64,000 nucleotides of DNA, taken from a bacterium BMS3Bbin05. Lineage in GTDB: Bacteria > Nitrospirota > Thermodesulfovibrionia > Thermodesulfovibrionales > BMS3Bbin05. The notes under the pieces are model-generated. The model saw only the letters and a list, made by a program, of their open reading frames with translations. It had not been told where the DNA came from and made no database searches. The stretch spans positions 39,220-103,219 of the forward strand of contig BDTO01000057.1 of assembly GCA_002897855.1 (NCBI GenBank), in the 5' to 3' direction. Positions 9,012-19,755 of this stretch are shown in pieces; position 1 is the first letter of the stretch; the number at the start of each line of letters is the position of its first letter. The position numbers were made by a program, and so were the translations under genes.

Positions 9012-9413
9012 GTCAATCTCTTCCCCCTTTTTTTTGTCTAACCCGCAAATAAGCTGCGGGATAGCTTGAATTACGGATAAAGAAATTATACCAGAAATAA
9101 GGTTTCAAGAAAAATAAAATATGCCGACGCTACACCCCGTAAATCTATGTGTTTGTCAGGCTATCTCAGTCTCATTTTGTGAAATATGTAGACCCTCCGT
9201 CCACAGGCACTCGTTGACAGTATTGAATATAAACTCCTGAAGGAAAACCAAAAAGAGGATGGGTAATGTCCATCCCGTCTTTATCTCCCGGGATTATTGC
9301 TCCGGCGTCATCCTCTCCGGCTTTACCCCCGATAATACCTTTCCCCCGGATACCGCCCTGTCCGTCATCTCTATTTTAAACCTTTTCTCTCTTTTGCATG
9401 TCTAAATAATCAG

Positions 9414-9617
9414 ATGGAAGAGGACATCAATATAATAAGAAAATACCTCGCGGGAAACAATAAGGCGATTGAAGAGCTTGTGTTGAAATACCAGAAGTAT
9501 ATTTATACCTTTAGTTACAGGATGACAACCAAACTTGAAGAGGCAAAGAAGAGACGATTTAAGAGATTTGGCGATAATGGGCCAGGTGGGCCTCCCTTTC
9601 TTTCAGGAAGGCCGTAA
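9414..9617 (+). pseudogene. Truncated ECF sigma factor remnant (region 2 N-terminus only)
   Basis: IRKYLAGNNKAIEELVLKYQKYIYTFSYRMT matches the start of ECF sigma factors. After about 45 aa the frame turns into unrelated basic/Gly-Pro sequence and stops. A hairpin and a truncated MITE follow. Confidence 0.45.
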
Positions 9618-9625
9618 CAAATCAG

Positions 9626-9653
9626 CCCGGACAGTACCTTTACACTGTCCGGG
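9626..9653 (+). terminator. 10-bp stem hairpin (CCCGGACAGT-N8-ACTGTCCGGG)
   Basis: A perfect stem directly after the sigma remnant. The U-tract is poor (TTAAATA), so its role as a terminator is uncertain. Confidence 0.3.
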
Positions 9654-9659
9654 TTAAAT

Positions 9660-9767
9660 AGAGTCTGTGTATAAAGTCAGTCCCTCTATCTGTCATTCCG
9701 GCAGTCCTTAAGCCGGAATCTATTCTTTTCAATAAGTTCCGGATGTCCCGAACGCTTTCGGGACATC
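9660..9767 (+). mobile_element. MITE family 1, copy D (right end missing)
   Basis: The left TIR and both hairpins are present, but similarity ends after GGGACAT and there is no right TIR. Confidence 0.75.
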
Positions 9768-9831
9768 CGGAGCCCTTTGAAAAGAGCTAAACAATAATCA
9801 TGAAACATAAAATGAACGTCAACAGGATTTT

Positions 9832-10224
9832 ATGTTCGATATTATTAAAACAACAACTCTCTTGCTCCTCATTGTCTTCACCTCCTGTGGAGGTGGCAGT
9901 GGCGCTATCGGGAGTGGAGAAGGCACAGAAACAGCCTATGAGAATTCTTCTTTCGGAGTTCACGGCGCCTATGGACCATCACCTTTCTTTCAAAAAAGAA
10001 TGGGATTTACCGACGATGAATATTTGGCATGGGTGAGCGGTCATATGCAGAGCATTAATGCCCATTTTACACGCCGCAATACCCTGCTGATCCGGGATGT
10101 TGTTGATCCGGATATTAACATCCCGGATGATTACGATTGGGATACACTAAGAACCGATAAGACTCTTATCAATATCTACAAATCCGGAAACAATATCCAT
10201 GCACTTCACTTTCTTTTATTTTAA
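9832..10224 (+). CDS. Hypothetical lipoprotein (possibly a fragment)
   Basis: A lipobox-like LLLIVFTSCGGGSG is present but no recognised domain. The overlapping ORF 9800-10036 was not preferred. Confidence 0.45.
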   Translation: MFDIIKTTTLLLLIVFTSCGGGSGAIGSGEGTETAYENSSFGVHGAYGPSPFFQKRMGFTDDEYLAWVSGHMQSINAHFTRRNTLLIRDVVDPDINIPDDYDWDTLRTDKTLINIYKSGNNIHALHFLLF

Positions 10225-10323
10225 GGAGGAAATTTTAGAAAGCCAATACTTAATATTTAAGATGTGACCCCGCATCCTCATCCCTATTTACCAATCCTTC
10301 GATATATATGATAAACTCTTTCT

Positions 10324-12273
10324 ATGGCAGAGTATGAGTTTTTAAAATCATTAGTAATCATCTTTGGACTCTCCGGCATAGTGGTTTTTATCCTTGATAA
10401 ACTGAGAGTTCCTTCTATCGTGGGCTTTCTGATAGCAGGTATTTTGCTTGGACCCCATGGCCTCGAACTTATAACGGATATTCACCTTGTTGAAATCTTT
10501 GCAGAGATAGGGGTAATCCTCCTCCTGTTTACCATAGGACTTGAGTTTTCTCTTAAAAACCTGCTGACCCTCAGAAGAACAATCCTGGTAGGGGGTTTTC
10601 TTCAGGTATTTATAACCTCATTGATTGTTTTTCTTCTATCTTATAGCCTGGGGCAAAAGATAAACACTTCTTTAGTATTCGGATTTCTCATTTCAATGAG
10701 CAGTACAGCCATCGTAATGAAGATGCTCTTTGACAGGGCAGAGATTGACTCTCCCCATGGAAGAATCAGCGTTGGCATTTTGGTCTTTCAGGACCTCTGC
10801 GTTGTCCTGTTTATGTTGATGATTCCGATACTCTCCGGCACCAACAACGAGTTTACCGGTGTGCTCTGGGTCCTGTTAAAGTCTGTCGGGATCATAACCG
10901 CTATTATTATTTCAGCCCGATGGTTGATTCCAAAGGTACTCTACCAGATTGTCCGCACCAGAAAGAGGGAGATCTTTGTGATCAGCATTATCTTTATATG
11001 TCTCGGCACAGCCTTTCTTACATACAAGCTTGGCCTCTCCCTTGCCCTTGGAGCCTTTATTGCAGGACTCATTGTCTCCGAGTCTGAGTATTCGTATCAG
11101 GCAATCTCGGACATACTGCCCTTTAAGGACAGCTTTAACGGCTTATTCTTTATCTCTGTTGGAATGCTCATGAATATCGACTTCTTCGTTGCAAATTTAT
11201 CAACTGTGGGATTGATAGTTATTGCCGTTATTGTACTCAAGACATTAGCTACAACCGCAGCTATATCCGCAATGGGCAACCACTTAAGGATTTCTCTCCA
11301 TAGCGGGTTGATACTTGCCCAGATAGGGGAGTTCTCCTTTGTCCTCTCAGTAGCTGCCCTTAACTCAGGGCTTCTCAATGAAGGTAGCTATCAACTCTTT
11401 CTATCATCGGCAATAATTACCATGCTCCTTACCCCCCTGTTTGTTACCTTCTCTCCCCGGATATCAACATGGATTACTTCACGGAAAGTCCTTCAGAGGC
11501 TCCATAGGATGAAAGCCGCAGCTGAAATCACCGGTGTAAAGACCAAAAAAACAGACCATGTTATTATCGTCGGGTTTGGACTTAACGGCAGGAACCTGTC
11601 CTTCGTCCTGAAAGAGCTTGAGGTGCCTTATGTAGTTCTTGAACTAAATAGCCGGACAGTTACAAAGATGCGTAAAGAAGGTGAACCAATCTTTTATGGT
11701 GACGGGACAAGTCCGGAAATCCTTCACAAGATGGGAATCGAGCGGGCAAGGGTTCTTATAGTAGCAATATCCGATCCTTCAGCAACGAGAAAGATCGTCA
11801 AGATTGCCAGAGATTTGAACCCTCGCATCTATATATTGGTGAGAACAAGATACCTGGCAGAGGTTGAAGATCTTCTTGCTCTTGGGGCGGATGAAGTGAT
11901 ACCCGAGGAGTTTGAGACATCCATCGAACTCTTTTCAAGGGTACTGCAATTTTATAAAATGCCCAAACCCCTGTCAGATCAATATGCTGAGAAATTCAGG
12001 AAAGACCATTACAGGTTGTTCATCAAAGGGGATACGCCAAAAAAACTATTTTATGATAACATAGCATTAATGCCCGATGTAGATTATGAAAGCTATATCA
12101 TTCAGAGCGGCTCTCCTGCTATTAACTCCTCTATCAGGGAATTGAATATCCGCGATAAGACCGGAGCACTTGTAATAGCTGTTAAACGTGGTGATAAAAT
12201 GATACATGGGCCCGGCTCTGATTTTGTTCTTCAAAGGGGAGATATCATCTTTTTAATAGGTAAGAAAAAATAA
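10324..12273 (+). CDS. Monovalent cation:proton antiporter-2 (CPA2, KefB/KefC-like) with RCK N and C domains
   Basis: About 13 TM segments are followed by VIIVGFGLNGRNL (a Rossmann-type TrkA-N domain) and a TrkA-C-like tail. Confidence 0.9.
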   Translation: MAEYEFLKSLVIIFGLSGIVVFILDKLRVPSIVGFLIAGILLGPHGLELITDIHLVEIFAEIGVILLLFTIGLEFSLKNLLTLRRTILVGGFLQVFITSLIVFLLSYSLGQKINTSLVFGFLISMSSTAIVMKMLFDRAEIDSPHGRISVGILVFQDLCVVLFMLMIPILSGTNNEFTGVLWVLLKSVGIITAIIISARWLIPKVLYQIVRTRKREIFVISIIFICLGTAFLTYKLGLSLALGAFIAGLIVSESEYSYQAISDILPFKDSFNGLFFISVGMLMNIDFFVANLSTVGLIVIAVIVLKTLATTAAISAMGNHLRISLHSGLILAQIGEFSFVLSVAALNSGLLNEGSYQLFLSSAIITMLLTPLFVTFSPRISTWITSRKVLQRLHRMKAAAEITGVKTKKTDHVIIVGFGLNGRNLSFVLKELEVPYVVLELNSRTVTKMRKEGEPIFYGDGTSPEILHKMGIERARVLIVAISDPSATRKIVKIARDLNPRIYILVRTRYLAEVEDLLALGADEVIPEEFETSIELFSRVLQFYKMPKPLSDQYAEKFRKDHYRLFIKGDTPKKLFYDNIALMPDVDYESYIIQSGSPAINSSIRELNIRDKTGALVIAVKRGDKMIHGPGSDFVLQRGDIIFLIGKKK

Positions 12274-12325
12274 AAGAACGTCCCCAGCGTCTAACGTAGA
12301 TAGGAGTTTCTTAAGGGGTGTCCGG

Positions 12326-13480
12326 ATGAAAAGATTTTATGTATTAGCTGGTCTACTGTTTCTTTTTATATCTCTTCCATCAAAGCCTGCAATGGCTGCC
12401 GAGCCTGTCAGGATTGGTCTGACACTTGGGTTGACAGGGAAATACTCCTGGATGGCGGATATGCAGTTGAAGGGGGTTAAGCTGTGGCAGAAGGATGTAA
12501 ATAGCCGTGGCGGTATCCTCGGCAGAAAAATACAACTTATTATATATGATGACAAAAGCAGCCCCCCGGCTGCAAGATCACTCTATAGACGTCTCATATT
12601 AAATGATAGAGTTGATCTGCTCTTTGGTCCATATTCAAGCGCGATAACAGAGGCAATACTCCCCATAACAGAAAAGTACGGATACCCCCTGCTTATATCA
12701 GGCGCCTCTGCAGACAGTCTATGGCAGAAAGGCTATAAATATGCCTTCGGTATTTTTAGTCCTGCAAGCAAATATGTAGTCGGTTTCCTTGAATTGCTGG
12801 TCATGAATGACCTGGACGATATTGCCATTGTGAGTACAGATGATGCCTTCTCCACAGGTATTGCAAAGGGTGCAAAGAAGTGGGCAGAGAGGTTCGGGCT
12901 TAAGGTTATCTCCTTTGAGAGATTTAAAAAAGGTACCAGGAATCTCGATGTTATTGCTGAAAGGGTAAAGGCATCAGGTGCCCGGGTTGTTATCATGTGT
13001 GGGCATTTCAATGAGGCTGTGGATATGCGCCTCTCACTGAAGAGGAGCGGATGGCATCCTGAAGCCTTTTATGCCTCTATAGGTCCTGCATTAGATGAAT
13101 TTTACGAGATGCTCGGCCCTGATGCTGAATATACCTTTTCTTCATCCTGGTGGGAGCCTCATGTGAACGTCCACGGCTCTAAGGGATTTTATAAGCAGTT
13201 TCTAAAGACATACAGGGTCAGACCATCCTATCATGCTGCCGATGCCTATGCAGCAGGTCAGATATTGGGGGCTGCCATAACAAAGTCAGGAAACCTGGAC
13301 AGGGGGCGGTTGAGGGATATATTGTCTGCAATGGATACAATGAGTATCATCGGAAGATATAGTGCCGACAGAACAGGGATGCAGACAAAGCAGTTCCCTC
13401 TCATAATCCAGTGGCAGAAAGGCAGGAAAGAGATTGTCTGGCCTGAGCAACTCAAAACCGCACCCCCCATATTTAAATGA
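12326..13480 (+). CDS. Periplasmic substrate-binding protein, LivK/branched-chain amino acid-binding family
   Basis: A signal peptide is followed by PVRIGLTLGLTGKYSWMADMQLKGVKLWQKDVNSRGGILGRKIQLIIYDDKS, typical of type-I periplasmic binding proteins. Confidence 0.85.
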   Translation: MKRFYVLAGLLFLFISLPSKPAMAAEPVRIGLTLGLTGKYSWMADMQLKGVKLWQKDVNSRGGILGRKIQLIIYDDKSSPPAARSLYRRLILNDRVDLLFGPYSSAITEAILPITEKYGYPLLISGASADSLWQKGYKYAFGIFSPASKYVVGFLELLVMNDLDDIAIVSTDDAFSTGIAKGAKKWAERFGLKVISFERFKKGTRNLDVIAERVKASGARVVIMCGHFNEAVDMRLSLKRSGWHPEAFYASIGPALDEFYEMLGPDAEYTFSSSWWEPHVNVHGSKGFYKQFLKTYRVRPSYHAADAYAAGQILGAAITKSGNLDRGRLRDILSAMDTMSIIGRYSADRTGMQTKQFPLIIQWQKGRKEIVWPEQLKTAPPIFK

Positions 13481-15837
13481 ATAAATTCAAGAAGATAACA
13501 AACAGCCTCCCGGTAAGGATCATCATACCTGTAATCACAATAATCCTCTTAAGCGGATTCGGCCTCTATTTCTTTGTCCTGAGATCGACATCGGAGTTTG
13601 CAGACAGACAGATAAAAGAGAGTTTCTCATATATGGCACATGACATATACCGTATCAGTGATGAAAGCCTGAATGAACTTCTGCAGAGCGGCAGGGCTGC
13701 TGATGACAAGGTTAAAAGGATAAATAAGGGATTAACCATTGGTATGATAGAAGACTATATGAGGGAGAACAAGCTCAAAGGCTCTATAATAGAGGGGGGG
13801 AAGAGCGTGTTTTCGACCGGTGATTTCCCCCCGGAGCTTTTGGAGACCGAACAAAACAAGATTAAGGAGAATATGGTTTCAGACCTGTGGTATGAGGGAA
13901 AGAAATATTATGTGTATCACATGGACTTTCAGCAATGGAAATGGCACATACTATTGATTAAGGATGCAGCCGGGTACTCTGTCCTGATAAATAAGGTAAA
14001 GTCTGCATATGGTGCAACTGCATTCATACTTCTACTGAGCACCTTCCTGATTATTTATTTCCTGCACAGGTTCATCAAAATGCCCATCGACAGTATAATA
14101 AGCCCTTTGAAAGAGGGTAAAGGCCCCACATATAAAGGCGTCTATGAGTTTGAATACCTGAGTGATAATATCCGTAATATAATGGACTCCCTGCAGAGAG
14201 AGACAAAGATGCTCAATAACATCTATCACATAGCTGCATCAACGAGGGGCGAAGAGTTCCTTGATGAGGTGGTAAGCTCAATAACAAGGATGTACCACTT
14301 AAATTCCCTTATAGCACGGATTGACCCTGATGGAGAGACTGCAAGAGTGGTAACCATGTATCTCAACGGGGAGCTGAAAAAGGGGATAACTGTTTCTTTA
14401 AAGGGGACTCCGTGTGAGGATATTGTAAATAAAAGACATATGGCTATTATTGAAGAAGATGTGTATAAGCAGTTTCCTTCATCGGACTTTCTTCAAAGCG
14501 TAAAGGCAGATGCATATATCGGCTTTGCCATATTTGACAGAAAGGGTGATGTCATTGGAATCATGAATGCATTTGGAAAACATCGGGCATTCACGGAGTC
14601 GGACATAAAGGTCTTCCAGGCCATCGGGCAGATGGTTGCAACAGAGCTTGAGGTGCTTGATGAGGAAAGAGCGAGGGAGAATATGAGGGAGCAACTGCTC
14701 CAGGCACAGAAGATGGAAGCAGTCGGAAGGCTTGCGGGTGGAGTCGCCCACGATTTTAATAATATCCTGTGCGCCATAATCGGTTATTCCGAACTTGCCA
14801 TGAGGAAGATGGCAAAGGATAATCCTTTGAGAAAGAATATAGAGACTATCCATAAATCAGCTAACAGGGCCGCAACCCTTACACAGCAGCTCCTTGCCTT
14901 TAGCCGTAAACAGATAATTAAGCCGGAGATATTGAATCTTAACGCATTGATTGAAGATATGATGAAGATGCTCAGGAGGTTAATTGGAGAGGACATCAAG
15001 ATAGAGATATTTCAGGGTGAAGGACTATGGAATATCAAAGCAGACCCTGTTCAGATTGAGCAGATGGTTATGAATCTTGCTATAAATGCCAGAGATGCCA
15101 TGCCAAAAGGTGGAACCCTTACAATAGAGACTGAAAATGCAGTTCTTGATGCAGAGTATGCAAAAGCGCATCTCGCCGTAAAGCCAGGCGAGTACGTCAG
15201 GCTTATGGTTTCTGATACTGGCGAGGGTATGACTGATGATGTGAAGAGACACATCTTTGATCCTTTCTTTACTACAAAGGAAACGGGGAAGGGTACAGGA
15301 TTGGGACTTGCAACCGTATACGGGATAGTTAAACAGAACGGAGGTAATATCTATGTCTATAGCGAGACTGGTAAGGGGACAATCTTTAAAATATATTCCC
15401 CCCGCGCTCAAGAGACTAAAACGGAATTTAAGAGTGAAGAACTGCAAGTCCTTCCACGAGGAAGCGAAACCATTCTGCTATCTGAAGATGAAAAAGAGGT
15501 CAGAGAGATTGCTACTGCTTTTCTTTCAGAGCTTGGTTATACAGTGCTTGAGGCAGAAGATGCTGAAGATGCACTGAAGATGGCAAACAGATACCATGGA
15601 AGGATACATCTGCTCCTGACGGATGTGGTTATGCCGGGTATGAGTGGGAATGAACTCGCAAAAGAGATGAGAGAGTGCTGTCCTGAAATCAAGATTCTTT
15701 ATATGTCGGGATACACTGAAAATGCCATAGTGAAGCATGGGGTTTTGAAGAATGGGATAAATTACCTTCAGAAGCCTTTTACAGTACAGGAACTCGCACA
15801 AGCAATACGAAGGATTCTGGAGAGTGGCAAAAAGTGA
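13477..15837 (+). CDS. Hybrid sensor histidine kinase/response regulator (periplasmic domain, GAF, HisKA, HATPase, REC)
   Basis: Its ATG overlaps the stop of the binding-protein gene (ATGA). Marks are the H-box GGVAHDFNNIL, the G-boxes DTGEGM and GTGLGL, and a receiver (LLTDVVMPGMSG). Confidence 0.9.
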   Translation: MNKFKKITNSLPVRIIIPVITIILLSGFGLYFFVLRSTSEFADRQIKESFSYMAHDIYRISDESLNELLQSGRAADDKVKRINKGLTIGMIEDYMRENKLKGSIIEGGKSVFSTGDFPPELLETEQNKIKENMVSDLWYEGKKYYVYHMDFQQWKWHILLIKDAAGYSVLINKVKSAYGATAFILLLSTFLIIYFLHRFIKMPIDSIISPLKEGKGPTYKGVYEFEYLSDNIRNIMDSLQRETKMLNNIYHIAASTRGEEFLDEVVSSITRMYHLNSLIARIDPDGETARVVTMYLNGELKKGITVSLKGTPCEDIVNKRHMAIIEEDVYKQFPSSDFLQSVKADAYIGFAIFDRKGDVIGIMNAFGKHRAFTESDIKVFQAIGQMVATELEVLDEERARENMREQLLQAQKMEAVGRLAGGVAHDFNNILCAIIGYSELAMRKMAKDNPLRKNIETIHKSANRAATLTQQLLAFSRKQIIKPEILNLNALIEDMMKMLRRLIGEDIKIEIFQGEGLWNIKADPVQIEQMVMNLAINARDAMPKGGTLTIETENAVLDAEYAKAHLAVKPGEYVRLMVSDTGEGMTDDVKRHIFDPFFTTKETGKGTGLGLATVYGIVKQNGGNIYVYSETGKGTIFKIYSPRAQETKTEFKSEELQVLPRGSETILLSEDEKEVREIATAFLSELGYTVLEAEDAEDALKMANRYHGRIHLLLTDVVMPGMSGNELAKEMRECCPEIKILYMSGYTENAIVKHGVLKNGINYLQKPFTVQELAQAIRRILESGKK

Positions 15838-15918
15838 GTCTCAAGGTAAGTTTATAAGCATGCCCCGGACTATATATGGAACGTCGGGGACGTTCTTAAC
15901 TACTTCAACTAATTATTT

Positions 15919-16062
15919 AGAGTCTGTGTATAAAGTAAGTCTCTCTATCTGTCATTCCGGCAATCTTTAAGCCGGAATCTATTCTTTTCAATAAGTTCCG
16001 GATGTCCCGAATGCTTTCGGGACATGACGCAAATAAAAAACAGCAGTTTATACACAGACACT
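15919..16062 (+). mobile_element. MITE family 1, copy E
   Basis: A full-length copy with flanks ATTT and GTTT. Confidence 0.85.
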
Positions 16063-16318
16063 GTTTAGTCTGTTATTCTATCATTTGAATGGCCTTTGTC
16101 TCAATGTTTTTCACCAATGGCTTCGCAAAAAATCATATCATTTACCATTTCAGAGTGGTGATGAGCGGCTTGGGATTAATGGCGGGTATAAACCAGGCAA
16201 CCGTTATAAATTTAAAAATCAAACAGCAAAATTCAAAAATAAGGTTATGGATTTTTTTAAAATTTACATTCCTTTCTCTATAATTTTGTTCTTTGCATTT
16301 TAATTTTTTCATTTCCAA

Positions 16319-16966
16319 TTATGAATCCCTGTTTATGAAACCTGAATCGATAAGTTTTGTCATTATACCTGCGTCCCTTTTAGCCGAAAGGAATTTTTTA
16401 ACGTATTTGCCGATGATATCGGTTTCTATGTTTACTGTGCTTCCTGTCTTCCTGTCTCCGATACTTGTGACCTTTTCGGTATGCGGTATGACCACGAGCC
16501 TGAAAGAGTCATTGAGAACTTTTACAACAGTAAGGCTTATACCGTCAACTGCAACAGATCCTTTATCAACAAGATAATCTGAAATCTTCCCCGGAACCTC
16601 GATATCAATCTCGATGGTCTGTCCTGTTTTAGTCTTCGACCGGATCGTCCCGATGCCATCGATATGACCGGTTACGAAATGACCACCGATCTTTCCATCA
16701 GCTTTTATTGCGGGTTCGAGGTTGACCCTCTCACCTTTTTTCAACCGTCCGAGGTTGGTCGTATTGATTGTTTCTTCGGACAGTTCAAAGGACAGGTCTT
16801 CTCCGGTAATATCTATCACTGTGAGGCATGCACCGTTTATGCAGATACTGTCGCCGATCACAGCATCTTCATGGAGAGTTGGGGTCCGTACGGCCAGCCG
16901 GGTTATTCCGGCGGCTTTATTTATGGATTTGACCATGCCTGTTTCTAAAACAATGCCTGTAAACAT
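16319..16966 (-). CDS. ribE: Riboflavin synthase alpha chain
   Basis: MFTGIVLETGMV...INGACLTV...VNLE...GHFVTGHIDG, showing the duplicated lumazine-binding repeat. Confidence 0.95.
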   Translation of the reverse strand: MFTGIVLETGMVKSINKAAGITRLAVRTPTLHEDAVIGDSICINGACLTVIDITGEDLSFELSEETINTTNLGRLKKGERVNLEPAIKADGKIGGHFVTGHIDGIGTIRSKTKTGQTIEIDIEVPGKISDYLVDKGSVAVDGISLTVVKVLNDSFRLVVIPHTEKVTSIGDRKTGSTVNIETDIIGKYVKKFLSAKRDAGIMTKLIDSGFINRDS

Positions 16967-16969
16967 GGT

Positions 16970-17317
16970 TCATTCAGTTATATTGATGTTGAAATCGATT
17001 TTTTTCCGGTAAATCCCCATCAAATCAACGCTGTCCGTCCAGGATATGCTTACATGCATGGAATTGCCCAGATTTTGCACAGAGATGTTATTATTGCTTA
17101 CGGGAGCATTAAGTTCTTTCGCCCTGTTGTAGATCATGTTGCGCAATTTGTCTTCTCTGCCGAGCGAAATCAGGGTAAATTCTTTGACAGACGATTTCAG
17201 CATGGAATATTTATAATACGGAATTGCGAACTTGTAACCGGTATAAGCAAGCACAAAGAGTATCAGGATAGTAATTAAAGGTTTAATGGATCCGTTTTCA
17301 TTGTTTAGTTTTATCAT
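16970..17317 (-). CDS. Hypothetical membrane-anchored protein (DUF4845-like position after lepB)
   Basis: A single N-terminal TM segment (PLITILILFVLAYTGY). It is translationally adjacent to lepB. The family assignment is tentative. Confidence 0.5.
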   Translation of the reverse strand: MIKLNNENGSIKPLITILILFVLAYTGYKFAIPYYKYSMLKSSVKEFTLISLGREDKLRNMIYNRAKELNAPVSNNNISVQNLGNSMHVSISWTDSVDLMGIYRKKIDFNINITE

Positions 17318-17931
17318 TTAATCAACCTCCCGATTCTATTGAATCTGACCCAGTGGCTGTCACTGTCCCAGGACCAGTACAATATGAACGCCTCGCCAAG
17401 CACTTCGGATTTGTCTACAAATCCCCAGTACCTGCTGTCATAACTCTCGTCCCGGTTGTCCCCCATTACAAATATTTTCCCTTTCGGCACCTTTAAAGGA
17501 CCGAAATTGTCTCTTCCGCCAAAGAGTAACCTGTTATCCGTATGCTGCACATACGGTTCATTGAGGGGTTTCCCGTTAACGTAAATGACCTTGTTCCTTT
17601 CTTCTACTATATCACCTCCCGTTGCGATTACCCTTTTTATAAAATCCCTTTCATGATTTACCGGGTATTTGAATACTATTATATCCTCTTTTTCAGGATT
17701 TCTGAAGACAAGTATCTTTTTGTCGGTGAATGGAATCCTCGTACCGTAAATAAATTTATTGACCAGCAGGTGGTCGCCGACCAGCAGCGTCGGGATCATC
17801 GAACCGGATGGTATCTTGAATGCCTGTACCACATATGTTCTTATCACGAGCGCAAGTATGAGGGCCGTTATTATCGCCTGGGCATATTCCCATATCTTCT
17901 TTTTGATACCGTTTTTCTTCGATTCAGTCAT
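17314..17931 (-). CDS. lepB: Signal peptidase I
   Basis: All catalytic boxes are intact: [21 protein letters not shown] and [16 protein letters not shown]. Confidence 0.95.
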   Translation of the reverse strand: MTESKKNGIKKKIWEYAQAIITALILALVIRTYVVQAFKIPSGSMIPTLLVGDHLLVNKFIYGTRIPFTDKKILVFRNPEKEDIIVFKYPVNHERDFIKRVIATGGDIVEERNKVIYVNGKPLNEPYVQHTDNRLLFGGRDNFGPLKVPKGKIFVMGDNRDESYDSRYWGFVDKSEVLGEAFILYWSWDSDSHWVRFNRIGRLIK

Positions 17932-19724
17932 TTTGCAACCCTCAATACGGCAAGAAATGCCTCCTGCGGAATTTCAACTTTTCCTATCTGTTTCATTTTC
18001 TTCTTCCCTTCCTTCTGTTTCTCAAGCAGCTTTCTCTTTCGCGTGATATCTCCGCCATAACACTTTGCAATCACATCCTTTCTCATTGCCTTTATGCTTT
18101 CACGAGCAATTATCTTGCTGCCGATTGCCGCCTGAATGATTACCTCGAACATCTGGCGTGGAATTATCTTCCTCAGGTCTTCGACGACCTGCCTCCCTTT
18201 ATAATACGCTTTGTCCTTATGCACAATCAAGGAGAGGGCATCGACAGGGTTACCGTTTATCAGTATGTCGAGCTTTATCAGCGGGGCCTCTCTGTATCCC
18301 GAAAACTCATAGTCAAGTGAGGCGTATCCCCTGCTGAGGGATTTAAGTTTATCGTAGAAGTCCCATAATATCTCGCTAAGCGGCAACTCGTAAACAACCA
18401 TAATGCGGCTGTTTCCCACATAAGAGAATCCCTTCTGGCTACCCCTCTTGTCCTGACAGAGCGAAAGAATGTTGCCGATATACTGTTCGGGGACGAATAT
18501 GGATGCGTTAACATAGGGCTCTTCAATACTTTCGATATTCTGGGGCATCTTTGCAGGGCTGTCTATCAGCAGGGGTTCCCCTTTTTTGTCATTTACCCTG
18601 TAAATTACCGTTGGGGCGGTACTTATCAGAGACAGGCCGAATTCCCTTTCAAGACGTTCTTTTATGATATCCATGTGAAGCAGGCCAAGGAATCCGCACC
18701 GGAATCCGAAACCCAGGGCGACTGATGTTTCAGGTTCAAAATGAAAAGAGGAATCGTTGAGTCTGAGTTTATCAAGCGCTTCTTTGAGGATTTCGTACTG
18801 GTGTGTTTCCGTAGGATAGAAGCCGCAATATACCATTGGTTTTATTTCTTTATATCCAGGCAGGGGAGCGGTGGCAGGTTTTAAAACCCCGGTTATGGTG
18901 TCACCTATCTTTGTGTCTCTTACATTCTTTATCCCGGCAGCAATAAAACCGACCTCTCCATGGCCGAGTTGTTTTACCAGTACCGGCTTGGGAGTAAAAA
19001 TGCCTGCCTCTGTAACCTCAAATTCTTTGTTGTTTGACATTAATCGTATCTTCATGCCCTTCCTTATAACTCCGTCAAATATCCTTACAAGTACGATTAC
19101 CCCCTTATAATTGTCAAACCACGAGTCAAAAATTAATGCCCTCAGGGGCTTCGAATCCCCGCCGGCAGGGGGAGGAATGTATTTTATTATTGCCTCCAGG
19201 ATTTCCCTGGTCCCGATACCCTGTTTTGCAGAAGCCGGAATTGCCTTATCGCAGCTTATCCCGATTATATCTTCTATCTGTGCTTTAACATTATCGGTAT
19301 CCGCCTGCGGAAGATCAATCTTGTTTATAACCGGGATGAGTTCGAGGTCATGCTCTGCAGCAAGATATGCATTTGCGACTGTCTGTGCCTCTACCCCCTG
19401 GGTTGCATCGACTACCAGCAATGCACCCTCGCAGGAGGCAAGGCTCCTTGAAACCTCATAAGAGAAATCTACATGTCCCGGGGTATCGATAAGGTTAAGA
19501 GTGTATGTCTCTCCCTCATCAGAGGTGTATTTGAGGGTGACGGTGTGGGCTTTTATGGTAATCCCCCTTTCTTTTTCGAGGTCCATAGAGTCGAGGATCT
19601 GCTTTTCCATCTCCCTCTCACTGACAGCTCCGGTAAATTCAAGAAGCCTGTCGGCCAGAGTGGATTTACCATGGTCTATATGGGCTATTATCGAAAAGTT
19701 CCTTATATTTCTGCCTTTTTCCAT
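17928..19724 (-). CDS. lepA: Elongation factor 4 (LepA)
   Basis: [30 protein letters not shown] and NKIDLP are present, together with the LepA-specific C-terminal domain. Confidence 0.97.
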   Translation of the reverse strand: MEKGRNIRNFSIIAHIDHGKSTLADRLLEFTGAVSEREMEKQILDSMDLEKERGITIKAHTVTLKYTSDEGETYTLNLIDTPGHVDFSYEVSRSLASCEGALLVVDATQGVEAQTVANAYLAAEHDLELIPVINKIDLPQADTDNVKAQIEDIIGISCDKAIPASAKQGIGTREILEAIIKYIPPPAGGDSKPLRALIFDSWFDNYKGVIVLVRIFDGVIRKGMKIRLMSNNKEFEVTEAGIFTPKPVLVKQLGHGEVGFIAAGIKNVRDTKIGDTITGVLKPATAPLPGYKEIKPMVYCGFYPTETHQYEILKEALDKLRLNDSSFHFEPETSVALGFGFRCGFLGLLHMDIIKERLEREFGLSLISTAPTVIYRVNDKKGEPLLIDSPAKMPQNIESIEEPYVNASIFVPEQYIGNILSLCQDKRGSQKGFSYVGNSRIMVVYELPLSEILWDFYDKLKSLSRGYASLDYEFSGYREAPLIKLDILINGNPVDALSLIVHKDKAYYKGRQVVEDLRKIIPRQMFEVIIQAAIGSKIIARESIKAMRKDVIAKCYGGDITRKRKLLEKQKEGKKKMKQIGKVEIPQEAFLAVLRVAK

Positions 19725-19755
19725 ATAAAACGATTATCCTGATCGGATTGATTAT

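Noticed and set aside
9012-9060. Hairpin CCCGCA-N7-TGCGGG next to a T-run, as a possible terminator
   Set aside because: The T-run precedes the stem on the plus strand and becomes an A-run after it on the minus strand. Neither orientation forms an intrinsic terminator.
16085-16303. Two overlapping 64-72-aa ORFs in the gap between MITE copy E and ribE
   Set aside because: The region is AT-rich and the ORFs have no RBS and no motifs. They are mutually exclusive frames, so this is probably non-coding.
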